Source: Limnochordaceae bacterium (GTDB taxonomy: Bacteria > Bacillota > Limnochordia > Limnochordales > DUMU01). Taken from it: 64,000 nt of DNA. Positions 38,198 to 47,518 of the stretch are shown in pieces (within the stretch, counting starts at the first letter, position 1; each line of letters opens with the position of its first letter). The position numbers and the translations under genes are program-made. Where the stretch lies: assembly GCA_014896305.1 (NCBI GenBank), contig JADBKQ010000009.1, positions 26,413-90,412 on the forward strand, written 5' to 3'. Below the pieces are notes generated by a model. That model had not been told where the DNA came from, ran no database searches, and saw only the letters and a program-made list of their open reading frames with translations.

Positions 38198-38964
38198 CGT
38201 TCCCCCTCATCTGCCTGGCCCAACGTCTCCCTGTCCGCCTGGCTTGCTCGCCCTATTTGAGCTGGCTGCGCCGGGCGGACCCTCCCCGCTTCCCGGCGGC
38301 AGCTTTGCACCGCACGCCAGATCGCCCACCACTGGCGTCCCCGGTGTACCACGTCCCGCCATCCCCACCCGGTGACGCGGTGTTCCAGCTCCACCGGTAC
38401 CTCCACTACCCGAAATCCCCTTTGTAAGGCTCGAATGGTCAACGCCACCTCGACTCCGAATCCAGCCGGCAGCGGCTGTACCTCCTGCCAGAGGGTACGG
38501 CGCAGCGCCCGTTGTCCGGAAAGAGGTGAGCGAGGTTGCCAGCCGGTCAACTGGTGAATGGCCCGGGCGGCCATTCCCTTCGCCCAACCCATGCCTCCCC
38601 CCCGCCGCTGGGACACGGCAGGCAAAAAGTGGGCAATCGCCATATCCGCCTGTCCAGCTTGTACCAGCGAAATCAAAACCCCCAGCCGCCCGGCGGAACT
38701 CCCCAGGTCGGCATCGGCAAACAGCAAAAGATCACCCTGGGTCTGTGATACCCCAGCCGCGAGCGCCGCCGCTTTGCCCTGGTTGCACGGCAGTCGCAAC
38801 ACGACTGCCCCTGCCCGCTCCGCCCGGGCCGCCGTCTCGTCCCCAGAACCATCGTCGACCACGCAAACACGGGTAACGGCCGGAATGGATCGCAAGGCAG
38901 TTACGGTAGCAGCGACCCGTTCTTCCTCGTTGAACGCTGGTATGATGGCCACCACTTCACCCAT
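38194..38964 (-). CDS. Glycosyltransferase family 2 (polyprenyl-phosphate glycosyltransferase-like)
   Basis: VVAIIPAFNEEERV, VVDDGSGDETA, NQGKAAAL, ADADL and GFGVEVALT. It overlaps the upstream gene end by 8 nt. Confidence 0.85.
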   Translation of the reverse strand: MGEVVAIIPAFNEEERVAATVTALRSIPAVTRVCVVDDGSGDETAARAERAGAVVLRLPCNQGKAAALAAGVSQTQGDLLLFADADLGSSAGRLGVLISLVQAGQADMAIAHFLPAVSQRRGGGMGWAKGMAARAIHQLTGWQPRSPLSGQRALRRTLWQEVQPLPAGFGVEVALTIRALQRGFRVVEVPVELEHRVTGWGWRDVVHRGRQWWAIWRAVQSCRREAGRVRPAQPAQIGRASQADRETLGQADEGER

Positions 38965-40207
38965 CGGCGCCCTCTTTTTCTACCTGCTGGCCCACCACCG
39001 CCGGAATGGCCGGCATCAGAGGCCCGTCAGGGAGTAACCCGTAGACCCCGGCCAAACCCGGCAGGCTGAGACCGGTAACCAGGGCTGCGAGCGGCGCTAC
39101 CTCTTGAACCCCGTCAACCACCAGCGCCCCCTTTTGCGTATAAAGCCAGATCACCCCATCTCCGCCCCTGCTTTTGCCCGCTCCTGTGCCTGGTTCAACA
39201 GCTGCCGGATGTCCTGGCAGGGGCTGCGCCCCCGTTCCCTCTGCCGGATCAGTCGAATCTGGCGGATTCGGTTCCCCTGCTGCCGCGTCGAGCACGGCCA
39301 GCCCCAACCGGACCGGCTGCTGGGGCGAGGCCCGGGCCAGCTCCGCCAACAGGCGGCGGTGAAAAACCAGACGACTCTTGCTGCTGTCATCCGGGGCTCC
39401 GGTGGCTACCACAACGACGACCGGAGCCGGGTCGTTGCGAGGGGGCGCGGGTGGAGGAGAGACGCCGCCTGGAAGTTCATCCGGTGGCTGGGGTCCGGCG
39501 GAAACTTGACCCGGCGGTTGGGGCCGGCCCGTCGGGCCCCTGGCAGAATCCGTGAGCCCCCCTCCGGGTGCTGGTTCAGTTTGAAATGAACGTGGACCCT
39601 CCAGAAGCAAGCGGAGTTGCAGGCTCAAGCTTGCCCAACCCGAGCCTGACCTGGGCAATTCCGACAATGGCGACTCCGCTGCAGACGGCGGAGTCTCGCC
39701 AAGAACGGTCGTCCCGGCCGAGGCCCGTGAGCCGGAAGCCCCCACTGGCGCTGATCGCCGCTGAATGACCTTCCAGGGAACCTGCGGATTTCCCTCGTCT
39801 AACACAATTTCATTCCAGTCCGGCACCCCGGCGATGGGCAGCGCTTGCCGCAAGGAGGCCGCCGCTGCCTCCGCCTGCGGGCTGGCATACACCACGCAGA
39901 CCGGCCGCCCCGTCAACCGGCCCATCATAGCCCAGGCAGCCAGTTCCCGGGTGAACCGCTCGGCTGTCTGCCGCCGGATTTGTTCCTGGTGAAGCCGCCG
40001 CGTCAGGCCATCCTGCACCCGCCGGACCTCGGCCACCTCCACCGAGAGGTGGCGCAAGGCTTCTCCTTGTTTGTCGATGACGGCGGGACTCTGGCTAATC
40101 GCCACGCCCACCATGATGCCCAGGCCCAACGCCAAAAAGATCGCCACCAGCGAAGCGATGTGCCAGCGCTCCTCGATCCACATGATGAGCCGGCCCCCTT
40201 GACCCAA
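38957..40207 (-). CDS. MctB/SteB-like membrane-anchored protein (the family annotated as copper transporter) with a long Pro-rich insert
   Basis: N-terminal TM (IASLVAIFLALGLGIMVGVAI) plus a coiled-coil segment and a position right after steA, as for Rv1698/SteB. Assignment rests on architecture and synteny only. Start is 40207 (TTG) or 40183 (ATG). Confidence 0.5.
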   Translation of the reverse strand: MGQGGRLIMWIEERWHIASLVAIFLALGLGIMVGVAISQSPAVIDKQGEALRHLSVEVAEVRRVQDGLTRRLHQEQIRRQTAERFTRELAAWAMMGRLTGRPVCVVYASPQAEAAAASLRQALPIAGVPDWNEIVLDEGNPQVPWKVIQRRSAPVGASGSRASAGTTVLGETPPSAAESPLSELPRSGSGWASLSLQLRLLLEGPRSFQTEPAPGGGLTDSARGPTGRPQPPGQVSAGPQPPDELPGGVSPPPAPPRNDPAPVVVVVATGAPDDSSKSRLVFHRRLLAELARASPQQPVRLGLAVLDAAAGEPNPPDSTDPAEGTGAQPLPGHPAAVEPGTGAGKSRGGDGVIWLYTQKGALVVDGVQEVAPLAALVTGLSLPGLAGVYGLLPDGPLMPAIPAVVGQQVEKEGADG

Positions 40208-40225
40208 ACCTGGCCTGCCCCGGCG

Positions 40226-41356
40226 TCATCCTCCGAAACGCCAACTGACCCATATCCGAAGGAAACGTCCTAGGTGGTTCCAGGGGGCAGCCAGTAAAGC
40301 CAGGAGCCAGATGGGTACCGCTGCCGCCAGCAGCACCCACAAGGTCCCTCGTTTATTCTGCCCGGATGATCGATATAGAGCGCTCACTCCCCGGGCATCC
40401 ACCAGGCGAGGCCCTACCTTCAACCGGGTCAAGAGCGTGCTGGCCATGCCAGGCCGGCCCTTTTCCAGGAAGTCCACCAGGTTGCTATGACCTCCTACAA
40501 GCACCAGCAGCGACGCCCCCTTCTCGTAGGCCAAAAGCAGCGCCAGGTCTTCGCTGGTGCCTGGCAACGGAATGACCGTGGCCCGCTCCCGCAGCCCTAG
40601 TTTCTCGATACGGGCCAAGCCGGGAGCCCGCCCATCGGGGTATGCGTGGATCACCAGGCAGTGACACTCTTTGAGCGTCGCGTCGCTCACCGAGTCCATG
40701 TCACCCACGATCAGGTCGGGCTGCAAGCCGATGTCCCGTAAAGCGTCGGCTCCCCCATCCACGGCAACCAGCAGGGGGCTGGTCTCCCGCAAAAACGGCT
40801 GTAGCGCCTGCAGATCTTCCCGATACGAAGGGCCGCGGACGGTTACCACGACCTGTTTGTTCGCAAACTTCACGGGTAAATCGGGCAGGTTCAGCCGCCC
40901 TAGCAGTTGTTCCTTCTCCCGGGCGGCGTAGGCCAACGTGTTACTAACAAACCGTTCCAGCTCCGGTTGAACGTGCTCCTCGGCACGCTTGCGCCTTTCC
41001 TTGGCCAACTCCAGGGTGAGGAAGCCTCCCTGCCCAACCAGTCGATCGGAACAGGCCAGGTTTCCCCGCTCATCGATGGAGAGCTCCTCGCCGTCGTTCA
41101 CCCTGGAAAAGATCTCGGGGTCGACCCCTTCAACCAGCATCACTCCTGCCTGGAGCAGGATCTCGGGACCTCGATGAGGAAATCGTCCTGTCAGGAAGGG
41201 ACGGACGTTGATGACTGCCGCCACCCCAGCCCGTACCAGGGCATCCGCCGCCACCTCATCCAGATCGGCATGGTCGATGACCGCCAGATCTCCCGGTCGT
41301 AGGCGGGTCGTAAGCTCTTTGGTCTTGCGTCCAAGACGGGCGGGCCCCCGGGTCAT
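40226..41356 (-). CDS. steA: SteA-like protein (putative cytokinetic-ring protein, thiamine-pyrophosphokinase-like domain plus C-terminal TM)
   Basis: N-terminus GPARLGRKTKELTTRLRPGDLAVIDHADLDEVAADALV..AAVINV, TPK-like GDMDS, and a C-terminal hydrophobic anchor. The ATG overlaps the spo0A stop (ATGA). Confidence 0.7.
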   Translation of the reverse strand: MTRGPARLGRKTKELTTRLRPGDLAVIDHADLDEVAADALVRAGVAAVINVRPFLTGRFPHRGPEILLQAGVMLVEGVDPEIFSRVNDGEELSIDERGNLACSDRLVGQGGFLTLELAKERRKRAEEHVQPELERFVSNTLAYAAREKEQLLGRLNLPDLPVKFANKQVVVTVRGPSYREDLQALQPFLRETSPLLVAVDGGADALRDIGLQPDLIVGDMDSVSDATLKECHCLVIHAYPDGRAPGLARIEKLGLRERATVIPLPGTSEDLALLLAYEKGASLLVLVGGHSNLVDFLEKGRPGMASTLLTRLKVGPRLVDARGVSALYRSSGQNKRGTLWVLLAAAVPIWLLALLAAPWNHLGRFLRIWVSWRFGG

Positions 41357-42240
41357 CGCCGGTTGCCACCTGCCTCCAGCCGGATCTTGTCCGCTATGCG
41401 GGCAATAAACAGGGAGTTGGAGGGTCGCCCCAGATCCTGTTTGATATGGTAAGCAAAGAGGGACTGCAACAGGTTCAAGTTCCCTCGGGTCCAGGCCATT
41501 TCAATCGCATGCCGCATGGAGCGTTCCACCCGATCCACGCTGGCTTGGTAACGCCGGGCCACCAAAGGATACAGGCGTTTGGTAATGGGGGACAGCAGCG
41601 CCGGGTCGGCCACCGCCACACAAATCGCTTCCCGCAGGTATTGGTACCCCTTATAGTGGGGCGGTACTCCCAGTGCGATCAGCTGTTCCGAGGCGGCCTG
41701 CTCAAGCCGGTGCGCAGGGGGAAACATCCCGTCGCCAAAGCGTAAGTGCTCCTCGGCCACCTCCACGATGCGTTTCAGGAGCACCGCCAGAGAAAATGGC
41801 TTCACGACGTAATACGACACGCCCAATTCAAGGAGGCACCGGGCGACCAAGGCATCGTCGTAAAGGCTGGTATGAACGATCACTTTGAATCCCGGTAGCA
41901 GCGCACGACGATGCAAGCGGTCCAGCACCGACAGGCCATCCAGTTGGCCGAGAACCAGATCCAGCAACAAGACGTCCGGGGCCGCCTCATCCAGCCATTT
42001 CAACACAGAGAAACCATCCTGGCAGGAAGCTACCAACTCAAGGGAAGGTCGCCCGGGAATAGCGGAGTGGCGAAGTGTCTGTTCCAGTCGATCCGCGAAT
42101 TGCTGGTCAGGATCGGCCACCAGAAGGCGGATTTTTCGTCCCCCAGACCGGGTGGTGCGGTTCCCCCCGCCCCGGCCCGGAACGCGGGGAAGGACTGAAG
42201 CGTTGCTGAGCTGTCCCAGGATCACGTCATCGCCTCCCAT
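41353..42240 (-). CDS. spo0A: Sporulation master regulator Spo0A
   Basis: Receiver domain (IRLLVADPD, DLVLGQLDG) plus the diagnostic Spo0A C-terminal domain (GVPPHYKGYQYLREAI, ITKRLYPLVARRY, VERSMRHAIEMAW and SNSLFIARIAD). The true start may be GTG at 42225, using the GGGAGG inside the annotated ATG region. Confidence 0.95.
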   Translation of the reverse strand: MGGDDVILGQLSNASVLPRVPGRGGGNRTTRSGGRKIRLLVADPDQQFADRLEQTLRHSAIPGRPSLELVASCQDGFSVLKWLDEAAPDVLLLDLVLGQLDGLSVLDRLHRRALLPGFKVIVHTSLYDDALVARCLLELGVSYYVVKPFSLAVLLKRIVEVAEEHLRFGDGMFPPAHRLEQAASEQLIALGVPPHYKGYQYLREAICVAVADPALLSPITKRLYPLVARRYQASVDRVERSMRHAIEMAWTRGNLNLLQSLFAYHIKQDLGRPSNSLFIARIADKIRLEAGGNRR

Positions 42241-42292
42241 ATTTGGTAGATATTATGGGCCGGCTGGCTGGCATCGGGTGGGTTCGGCCGGT

Positions 42293-43855
42293 TCAAGCGG
42301 CTCTCCTGTCGAGGCTTTCCGAGTAATCCTGGCCTGATTCGACGCGGGGAGCCGGGCCGGCCGCCGGCGGGTGTGACAGGGGCTGCTGCACCGGAGTCTC
42401 CTGCTCGTCGATCTGGCGTTCGCTGGGGCCAGAAGTGCCCCTGTTCCTCCACAACCCCGCCTCCTCCAGCATCCATTCCGCCAAAATGCCATACCCTCTG
42501 GCCGGGTCGTTCACGAAGACGTGGGTTACAATTGCTACCAATCTTCCCTGCTGTATCACTGGACTTCCAGACATCCCCTGAACAATACCTCCGGTCTCTG
42601 CCAGCAGACGTGGGTCTGTGACCCGTATCACCAGTCCCTTGTCCGCTGGACGCCGCTGGGGCACCACCTTTTCGATCAGCACATCGAACGCTTCCACTTT
42701 GCGCCCGTGCAAGACCGTGAGCAGCTGGGCTGGGCCTGCGACGACCTGGTGGGCTAGGGCCACCGGAATGGGCGGGCGCCTGGTTACGTCGGTTTCGTTC
42801 GCCGCGATGGAGCCAGGTTCAGGGCTCGGGCCGCCCGCTTCCGCGCCGCTGGCCGGGGCTGTGCCGGCGGGCACCGGTTGGGTTCCGGGAGTTGCCGCAG
42901 GCGTCCCAGAGCCCAATAGCAGCCGGCCAAAGATCCCGAAACGAGTATTCCTATCGATCGTTCCTAGCGGTAACTGGCGATCATGAAACACGCCGACCTT
43001 CTCGCCAGGCATACCCTTCCATCCCGGTTCGATACTGGAGATATAGGCCGAAACAATACGGCCCGCCGCCATGCGGGCCGGTTCTCCCTGGCCGTCCAGC
43101 ACCTGGTGGCCCAGAGCGCCGTACACACCGGTTTCAGGATCATAAAAAGAGAGCGTACCCACCCCGGCTACAGGGTCTTGCAGCAACAGGCCGATCATGT
43201 GCACGGTGTGCACTCCCCCACCCGGGCGGGGTAACGACACGGGCACAGGTTTCACAGGCAGCGTAAGAATCTGATCGCCCCGGCGGATTTCAAGTTGGAC
43301 TGGCTCGCCTCGCTCAGCCATTCCTTCGACCAGGATTGACACATCGGCAGGAACGCTGACCGGCTTGCCGTTCACCCGGAGCAGCAGATCCCCCGGCCGC
43401 AAGCCAGCCTCCCGAGACGGCGCCAGGCGCTGGCCATCACTGGTGGTGAGCGTCTGCACCCCCGCGACCAGCAAGCCTTCATCGGACAGTAACACCCCGA
43501 TCGAGTCACCGCCGGGCACGACCTTTCGTTCCACGATGTCGAGGTCGAGGCTGCGGACAGTCCACGGGCCCAGCTGAACTGGCAGCCGCCACCCAACCTG
43601 CGTTTGCGCCGGGCTGGTGCGCCCGTCCGCCGGGCGGGGCTCAGCCGCGATGGCAGCATCGTCGCCATCGCCAGCCAGTGCTCGAGGAGTGCCAAACCGG
43701 AACGGAAAACCTGGTTGAGGAAGCTGCTCACCCGGGGCAATCCGGAGCCGAGCGGGCCATTGGCCCACCGCCGTACCCCAGGCGGTAGCCATAGCCAGGA
43801 AAAGCACGAGAAGAGGTAAAACCCACTTCGCGGGTCTCCAGGTTCGCGTTGGCAT
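42293..43855 (-). CDS. spoIVB: SpoIVB signalling serine peptidase (S55) with PDZ domain
   Basis: PDZ (GLRPGDLLLRVNGKPV), S55 motifs (GTLSFYDPETGVYGALGH, GMSGSPVIQQGRLVAIVTHVF). ATG at 43855 has a GGGAGGAGGG SD. A Pro/Ala-rich insert lies within the protease domain. Confidence 0.9.
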   Translation of the reverse strand: MPTRTWRPAKWVLPLLVLFLAMATAWGTAVGQWPARLRIAPGEQLPQPGFPFRFGTPRALAGDGDDAAIAAEPRPADGRTSPAQTQVGWRLPVQLGPWTVRSLDLDIVERKVVPGGDSIGVLLSDEGLLVAGVQTLTTSDGQRLAPSREAGLRPGDLLLRVNGKPVSVPADVSILVEGMAERGEPVQLEIRRGDQILTLPVKPVPVSLPRPGGGVHTVHMIGLLLQDPVAGVGTLSFYDPETGVYGALGHQVLDGQGEPARMAAGRIVSAYISSIEPGWKGMPGEKVGVFHDRQLPLGTIDRNTRFGIFGRLLLGSGTPAATPGTQPVPAGTAPASGAEAGGPSPEPGSIAANETDVTRRPPIPVALAHQVVAGPAQLLTVLHGRKVEAFDVLIEKVVPQRRPADKGLVIRVTDPRLLAETGGIVQGMSGSPVIQQGRLVAIVTHVFVNDPARGYGILAEWMLEEAGLWRNRGTSGPSERQIDEQETPVQQPLSHPPAAGPAPRVESGQDYSESLDRRAA

Positions 43856-44028
43856 GCCCGCCCTCCTCCCTGTCCGCTCCCAGCGGAGCGGGAGCACGAT
43901 TCGGGAGGTAGCATGCGCAGGGGCTACAACGAATATGGGTAGGATTTACCAACGGATTTTGCCCGGCCAGGGCGAAGAGTAGAGATCGCGGACATCACTG
44001 GTCAGAGCGGGGGATTCGCGCCGGCGCA

Positions 44029-45771
44029 TCACGCCGGCTGGGAATGCGCTGCCTGGAACGCTTGCCGCCGTCGCGCCCCTTCCTGAAGGAGGCGCTCGGC
44101 ATATTGGCGAGCCGGCTCGCGGCCCGTGTCTTCGGCTCCCAGCATTCGCACCAGCTCTGCCAGGCGGTCGGGCCCGTTCACCGGCTGGCAAACCACCTGG
44201 GTTTGACCGTCGACGACTTGCTTGTCGACCCGGATCTGCTGGTCGGCCCAGGCGGCCAGGACGGGAGCGTGGGTCACGCACAGAACCTGGTGGTGACAGG
44301 CTAGGCGGAGTAGCCGTTCCGCCAACTGCAGCAGGGCGCGCCCGCCTACCCCGGCCTCCACTTCATCGAAGACCAGCGTGGCCACATCATCCGCTCCCAG
44401 CAGCACGGTCTTCAAGGCCAGGCTGACCCGGCTGAGTTCACCACCGGACGCGACTCGAGCCAGCGGCTGCAGTGGTTGTCCCGGGTTGGCAGATAAGTAG
44501 AATTCCACTTGTTCGGCGCCGCGCGGGGAAGGGTCGGCGAGTGGCGTCAGCTGGGCTTCGATCCGAGCGTGGGGAAGAGCCAGCGCCTGCAGCTCCCCTG
44601 GTAACACCGCCCCCAGCCGGGCCACCGCCTCCCGCCGCAAGCGGCTGAGCTGGGCGGCCAACTCCCGCCAGTGAGCCAGCGCCGCCTCTGCCTGGCGGCC
44701 TAGCTCCTCCCGGCGTTCATCCCGGTGAACCAGGTTATTCCACTGCTCTTCTGCCTGCCGCCGGTACTGCTGCAGGGCGGCCAGACTACCGCCATACTTG
44801 CGTAACAGGCGGCGAATCAGGTCCAGGCGCTGGCTGACCTCTTCCAGGCGCTGGGGATCGAGGACAATCTGCTGCTGGTAGCGGCGGAGCTGGTGCGCTG
44901 CCTCGCCTAGCTCTGCCTGAGCGGAAAGAACTAGCTGGAGCGGGGCCTGGAGCGCCGGATCGATCCGCACCGCCTCATTGAGCACTTGAACCGCCTGGCC
45001 GACGAGATCCACCGCTGCTGGCAGTTCACCCTCGGCGGCCGCCTCTTGCTCATACAGCAGCTGATACGCCCGCCGGCTCGCCTCGACCAGCTGGGCAGCG
45101 TGCCGTAGACGTTGTTCCTCAGCGGCCAGCTCCTCCTCTTCTCCCGGAGCGATGGCCGCCTGGTCGATCTCCTGCATCTCGTGGGCGAGACGTTCCGCCA
45201 AATGCTGATGATCGGTGTGATCTTGCGCCACCTGGCGGAGCTGGCTCTGCAGCTCCTGCCAGCGCAGGTAGCTGGCTTCGACCTGGGCCGCCAACTCCAC
45301 CGCCGCTGGCCCGGCAAAACGGTCCAGCAACGCCTGGTGGCGCTCCCGGCGCAGCAGAGATTGGTGTTCGTTCTGTCCCAACCAATCCACCAGCGTCTGG
45401 CCTATCTCCGCCAGGACGGACAGCCCTACCAGCCGCCCATTGACCCGGCAGCGGTGGCGGCCGTTCCGGTGCACCTCCCGGGCGAGAATCAGCTGGTCAG
45501 GCTGCTCTTCGTCGAGGAGCTCCAGCTGGCGCAGGAGCTGAACGGGGGCGGAACCGGGTTCCAGAATGAAAACCGCCTCTACCGCCGAGCGGGACGCCCC
45601 TGTCCGGATCTGGTCCGCACTGGCACGGTTGCCCAGGGCCAACAACAACGCGTCGATGATGATGGACTTGCCCGCACCGGTTTCGCCCGTCAAAACGGTG
45701 ATTCCTGGACCGAACCGAACCGTCAGATCGCCGATGAGGGCAAAGTCCTCAATGTGCAGTTCGGTCAGCAT
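44029..45771 (-). CDS. recN: DNA repair protein RecN
   Basis: MLTELHIEDFALI, Walker A GETGAGKSII, long coiled-coil, and signature SGGELSRVSLALK. Confidence 0.95.
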   Translation of the reverse strand: MLTELHIEDFALIGDLTVRFGPGITVLTGETGAGKSIIIDALLLALGNRASADQIRTGASRSAVEAVFILEPGSAPVQLLRQLELLDEEQPDQLILAREVHRNGRHRCRVNGRLVGLSVLAEIGQTLVDWLGQNEHQSLLRRERHQALLDRFAGPAAVELAAQVEASYLRWQELQSQLRQVAQDHTDHQHLAERLAHEMQEIDQAAIAPGEEEELAAEEQRLRHAAQLVEASRRAYQLLYEQEAAAEGELPAAVDLVGQAVQVLNEAVRIDPALQAPLQLVLSAQAELGEAAHQLRRYQQQIVLDPQRLEEVSQRLDLIRRLLRKYGGSLAALQQYRRQAEEQWNNLVHRDERREELGRQAEAALAHWRELAAQLSRLRREAVARLGAVLPGELQALALPHARIEAQLTPLADPSPRGAEQVEFYLSANPGQPLQPLARVASGGELSRVSLALKTVLLGADDVATLVFDEVEAGVGGRALLQLAERLLRLACHHQVLCVTHAPVLAAWADQQIRVDKQVVDGQTQVVCQPVNGPDRLAELVRMLGAEDTGREPARQYAERLLQEGARRRQAFQAAHSQPA

Positions 45772-45831
45772 GGCGAGTGGAGTCGGCTTCCCCCCTTCTG
45801 AGGAAAGAGCTTCCGAGCTACAGTAAACCGG

Positions 45832-46377
45832 CTAGTGAGCGGAAGTGGACAGCGGAGGCGTTGCCTGCCCTTCCCGCATTTGCTGGAGTCGCCGGTACGT
45901 CGAACGCATGGGCTCCCAGTCCGGTTCGTCTCCCGGCGTGACGGCATCCTCCCGAGAACGGAGAATAACCAGGACGACGTTGTCTCCCGCGAGCGTGGCG
46001 ACCACCTCGGGCCAGTGCAGATCGTCCAGCGCTTGCGAGATCGCCGGAGCCGTGCCCGACAAGCACTGCAAGATGATCAGGTTGCCCGTCCAGACCTGTC
46101 CGATCACATACTCCCGAAAGGCCCGGCAGGCCCTCTGCCACTCGTCGCCGGCATTGCGGTTGGGAGGAGCACTGTAACGATAGCGGCCGTCGCCGGTGAG
46201 GATTTTCACCAAACGAAGTTCTTTGATGTCCCGGGAGACCGTGGCCTGGGTGACCTCGATCCCCTCTTCGCGCAATCGCTGCGCCAGTTGCTGCTGGGTC
46301 TCCACCGCCTGCTCGCGTACGATTCGCAAGATCGCTGCCTGCCGCTTCTCTTTCATGCGATCCAACCCCATCTCCAT
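45832..46377 (-). CDS. argR: Arginine repressor ArgR/AhrC with a C-terminal tail of about 30 aa
   Basis: KEKRQAAILRIVREQAVETQQQLAQRLREEGIEVTQATVSRDIKEL and C-terminal GTLAGDN. ATG at 46377 has a GGAGG SD. Confidence 0.9.
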   Translation of the reverse strand: MEMGLDRMKEKRQAAILRIVREQAVETQQQLAQRLREEGIEVTQATVSRDIKELRLVKILTGDGRYRYSAPPNRNAGDEWQRACRAFREYVIGQVWTGNLIILQCLSGTAPAISQALDDLHWPEVVATLAGDNVVLVILRSREDAVTPGDEPDWEPMRSTYRRLQQMREGQATPPLSTSAH

Positions 46378-46466
46378 GGTGTCGCCTCCGCCCCCTCCCC
46401 CAGCTTCGCCCGTCGCCGCAACCAGTAGCCGTGGCCACGTTCCGGGGGGCTCGACTCGTGTCTCGT

Positions 46467-47399
46467 CTACCACTCACCCTGCCCCCGCTGCAGCCGGCTA
46501 CTCAGCAGGGAGTAAAAGCTACGCCGGCGCAAGCGCACCAGCTGTGCCCGATAGGGTGCAACCTCGACCACGACCCGATCCCCGGATTGGAGCTCGGTCC
46601 CAATCTGGCCGTCGACCGTCAGCATGACCCCCTCCGCCCGTGCCTGCAGGCCAATATGCACTTCCTCGCCGGGTGGCACCAGAATCGACCGGGTCGCCAG
46701 GGTATGAGGGCAGATGGGCGTCACCAGAATGGCTTCCACCCGTGGGCTGACGATGGGACCGCCGGCGGACAACGAGTAGGCCGTCGACCCCGTGGGAGTG
46801 GCCACGATCATGCCGTCGGCAAGAAAGCGGACCACTGGCTCGCCCGCCACGTAAGTTTCCAGGTGGATCATGCGGGCAAAGGTGGTGCGGGTGATCACCA
46901 CGTCGTTGAGGGCAATGTGCCGAGCCACGACCGTTCCCGCCCGGCGAACCTCTGCCGCCAGCATGAGGCGGGGGTCCAGCTCGAACTCTCCGCGTAACAG
47001 CCGGTCCCACGTGGCCTCCTCCACCGCTTCCGCCGCTTCCAGCTCAGTAAGAAACCCCAGGTGACCTACATTGACCCCCAGCACAGGTAGGCCAGTGGCT
47101 GCCACCGCCCGGGCTGCCGCCAGCAGTGCCCCATCCCCCCCGAGTACAATCAATAGCTGTACATGCTGCCCCAGCTGTTCCGGACGACAAATGCCCGTAG
47201 TCTGGGGAACCGCTTCTTCGAGTCGCTGCTGGCCCTGCTTCGTACCTCCTGAACGGGCGTCCGTGTGCGGCGACATTTCCTCATGGCAGAGCCAAACCGC
47301 CACCCCGCGAGCGCGCAAACGCTGCGAGAGCACGGCCGCCAACTCCATCGCGGCCGGCTTGCCCGTATGGGGCCACAGTCCCACAGACGTGATCGTCAC
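46467..47399 (-). CDS. nadK: NAD kinase
   Basis: LIVLGGDGALL and NVGHLGFLTE motifs. GTG at 47399 follows AGGAGG with a 7-nt spacer. The 97 extra N-terminal codons in the track are Arg/Gly-rich, and their upstream part overlaps the tlyA 3' end. Confidence 0.9.
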   Translation of the reverse strand: MTITSVGLWPHTGKPAAMELAAVLSQRLRARGVAVWLCHEEMSPHTDARSGGTKQGQQRLEEAVPQTTGICRPEQLGQHVQLLIVLGGDGALLAAARAVAATGLPVLGVNVGHLGFLTELEAAEAVEEATWDRLLRGEFELDPRLMLAAEVRRAGTVVARHIALNDVVITRTTFARMIHLETYVAGEPVVRFLADGMIVATPTGSTAYSLSAGGPIVSPRVEAILVTPICPHTLATRSILVPPGEEVHIGLQARAEGVMLTVDGQIGTELQSGDRVVVEVAPYRAQLVRLRRRSFYSLLSSRLQRGQGEW

Positions 47400-47518
47400 C
47401 TGCCATCCTCCTAGTTCGACGTTCCACCATGTCCTCGGAGTGCAATTCGCCTCGTCCTGGCCTCTTGAGGCCGCATACCCGCTTCTTGTGATGTCTCCCC
47501 TCTTCGGCTGAGACAAGG

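Noticed and set aside
45818-46477. 219-aa ORF in an alternative frame across argR.
   Set aside because: The other frame (45832-46377) carries the unmistakable ArgR wHTH (TQATVSRDIKEL). This frame is Arg/Gly-rich shadow sequence.
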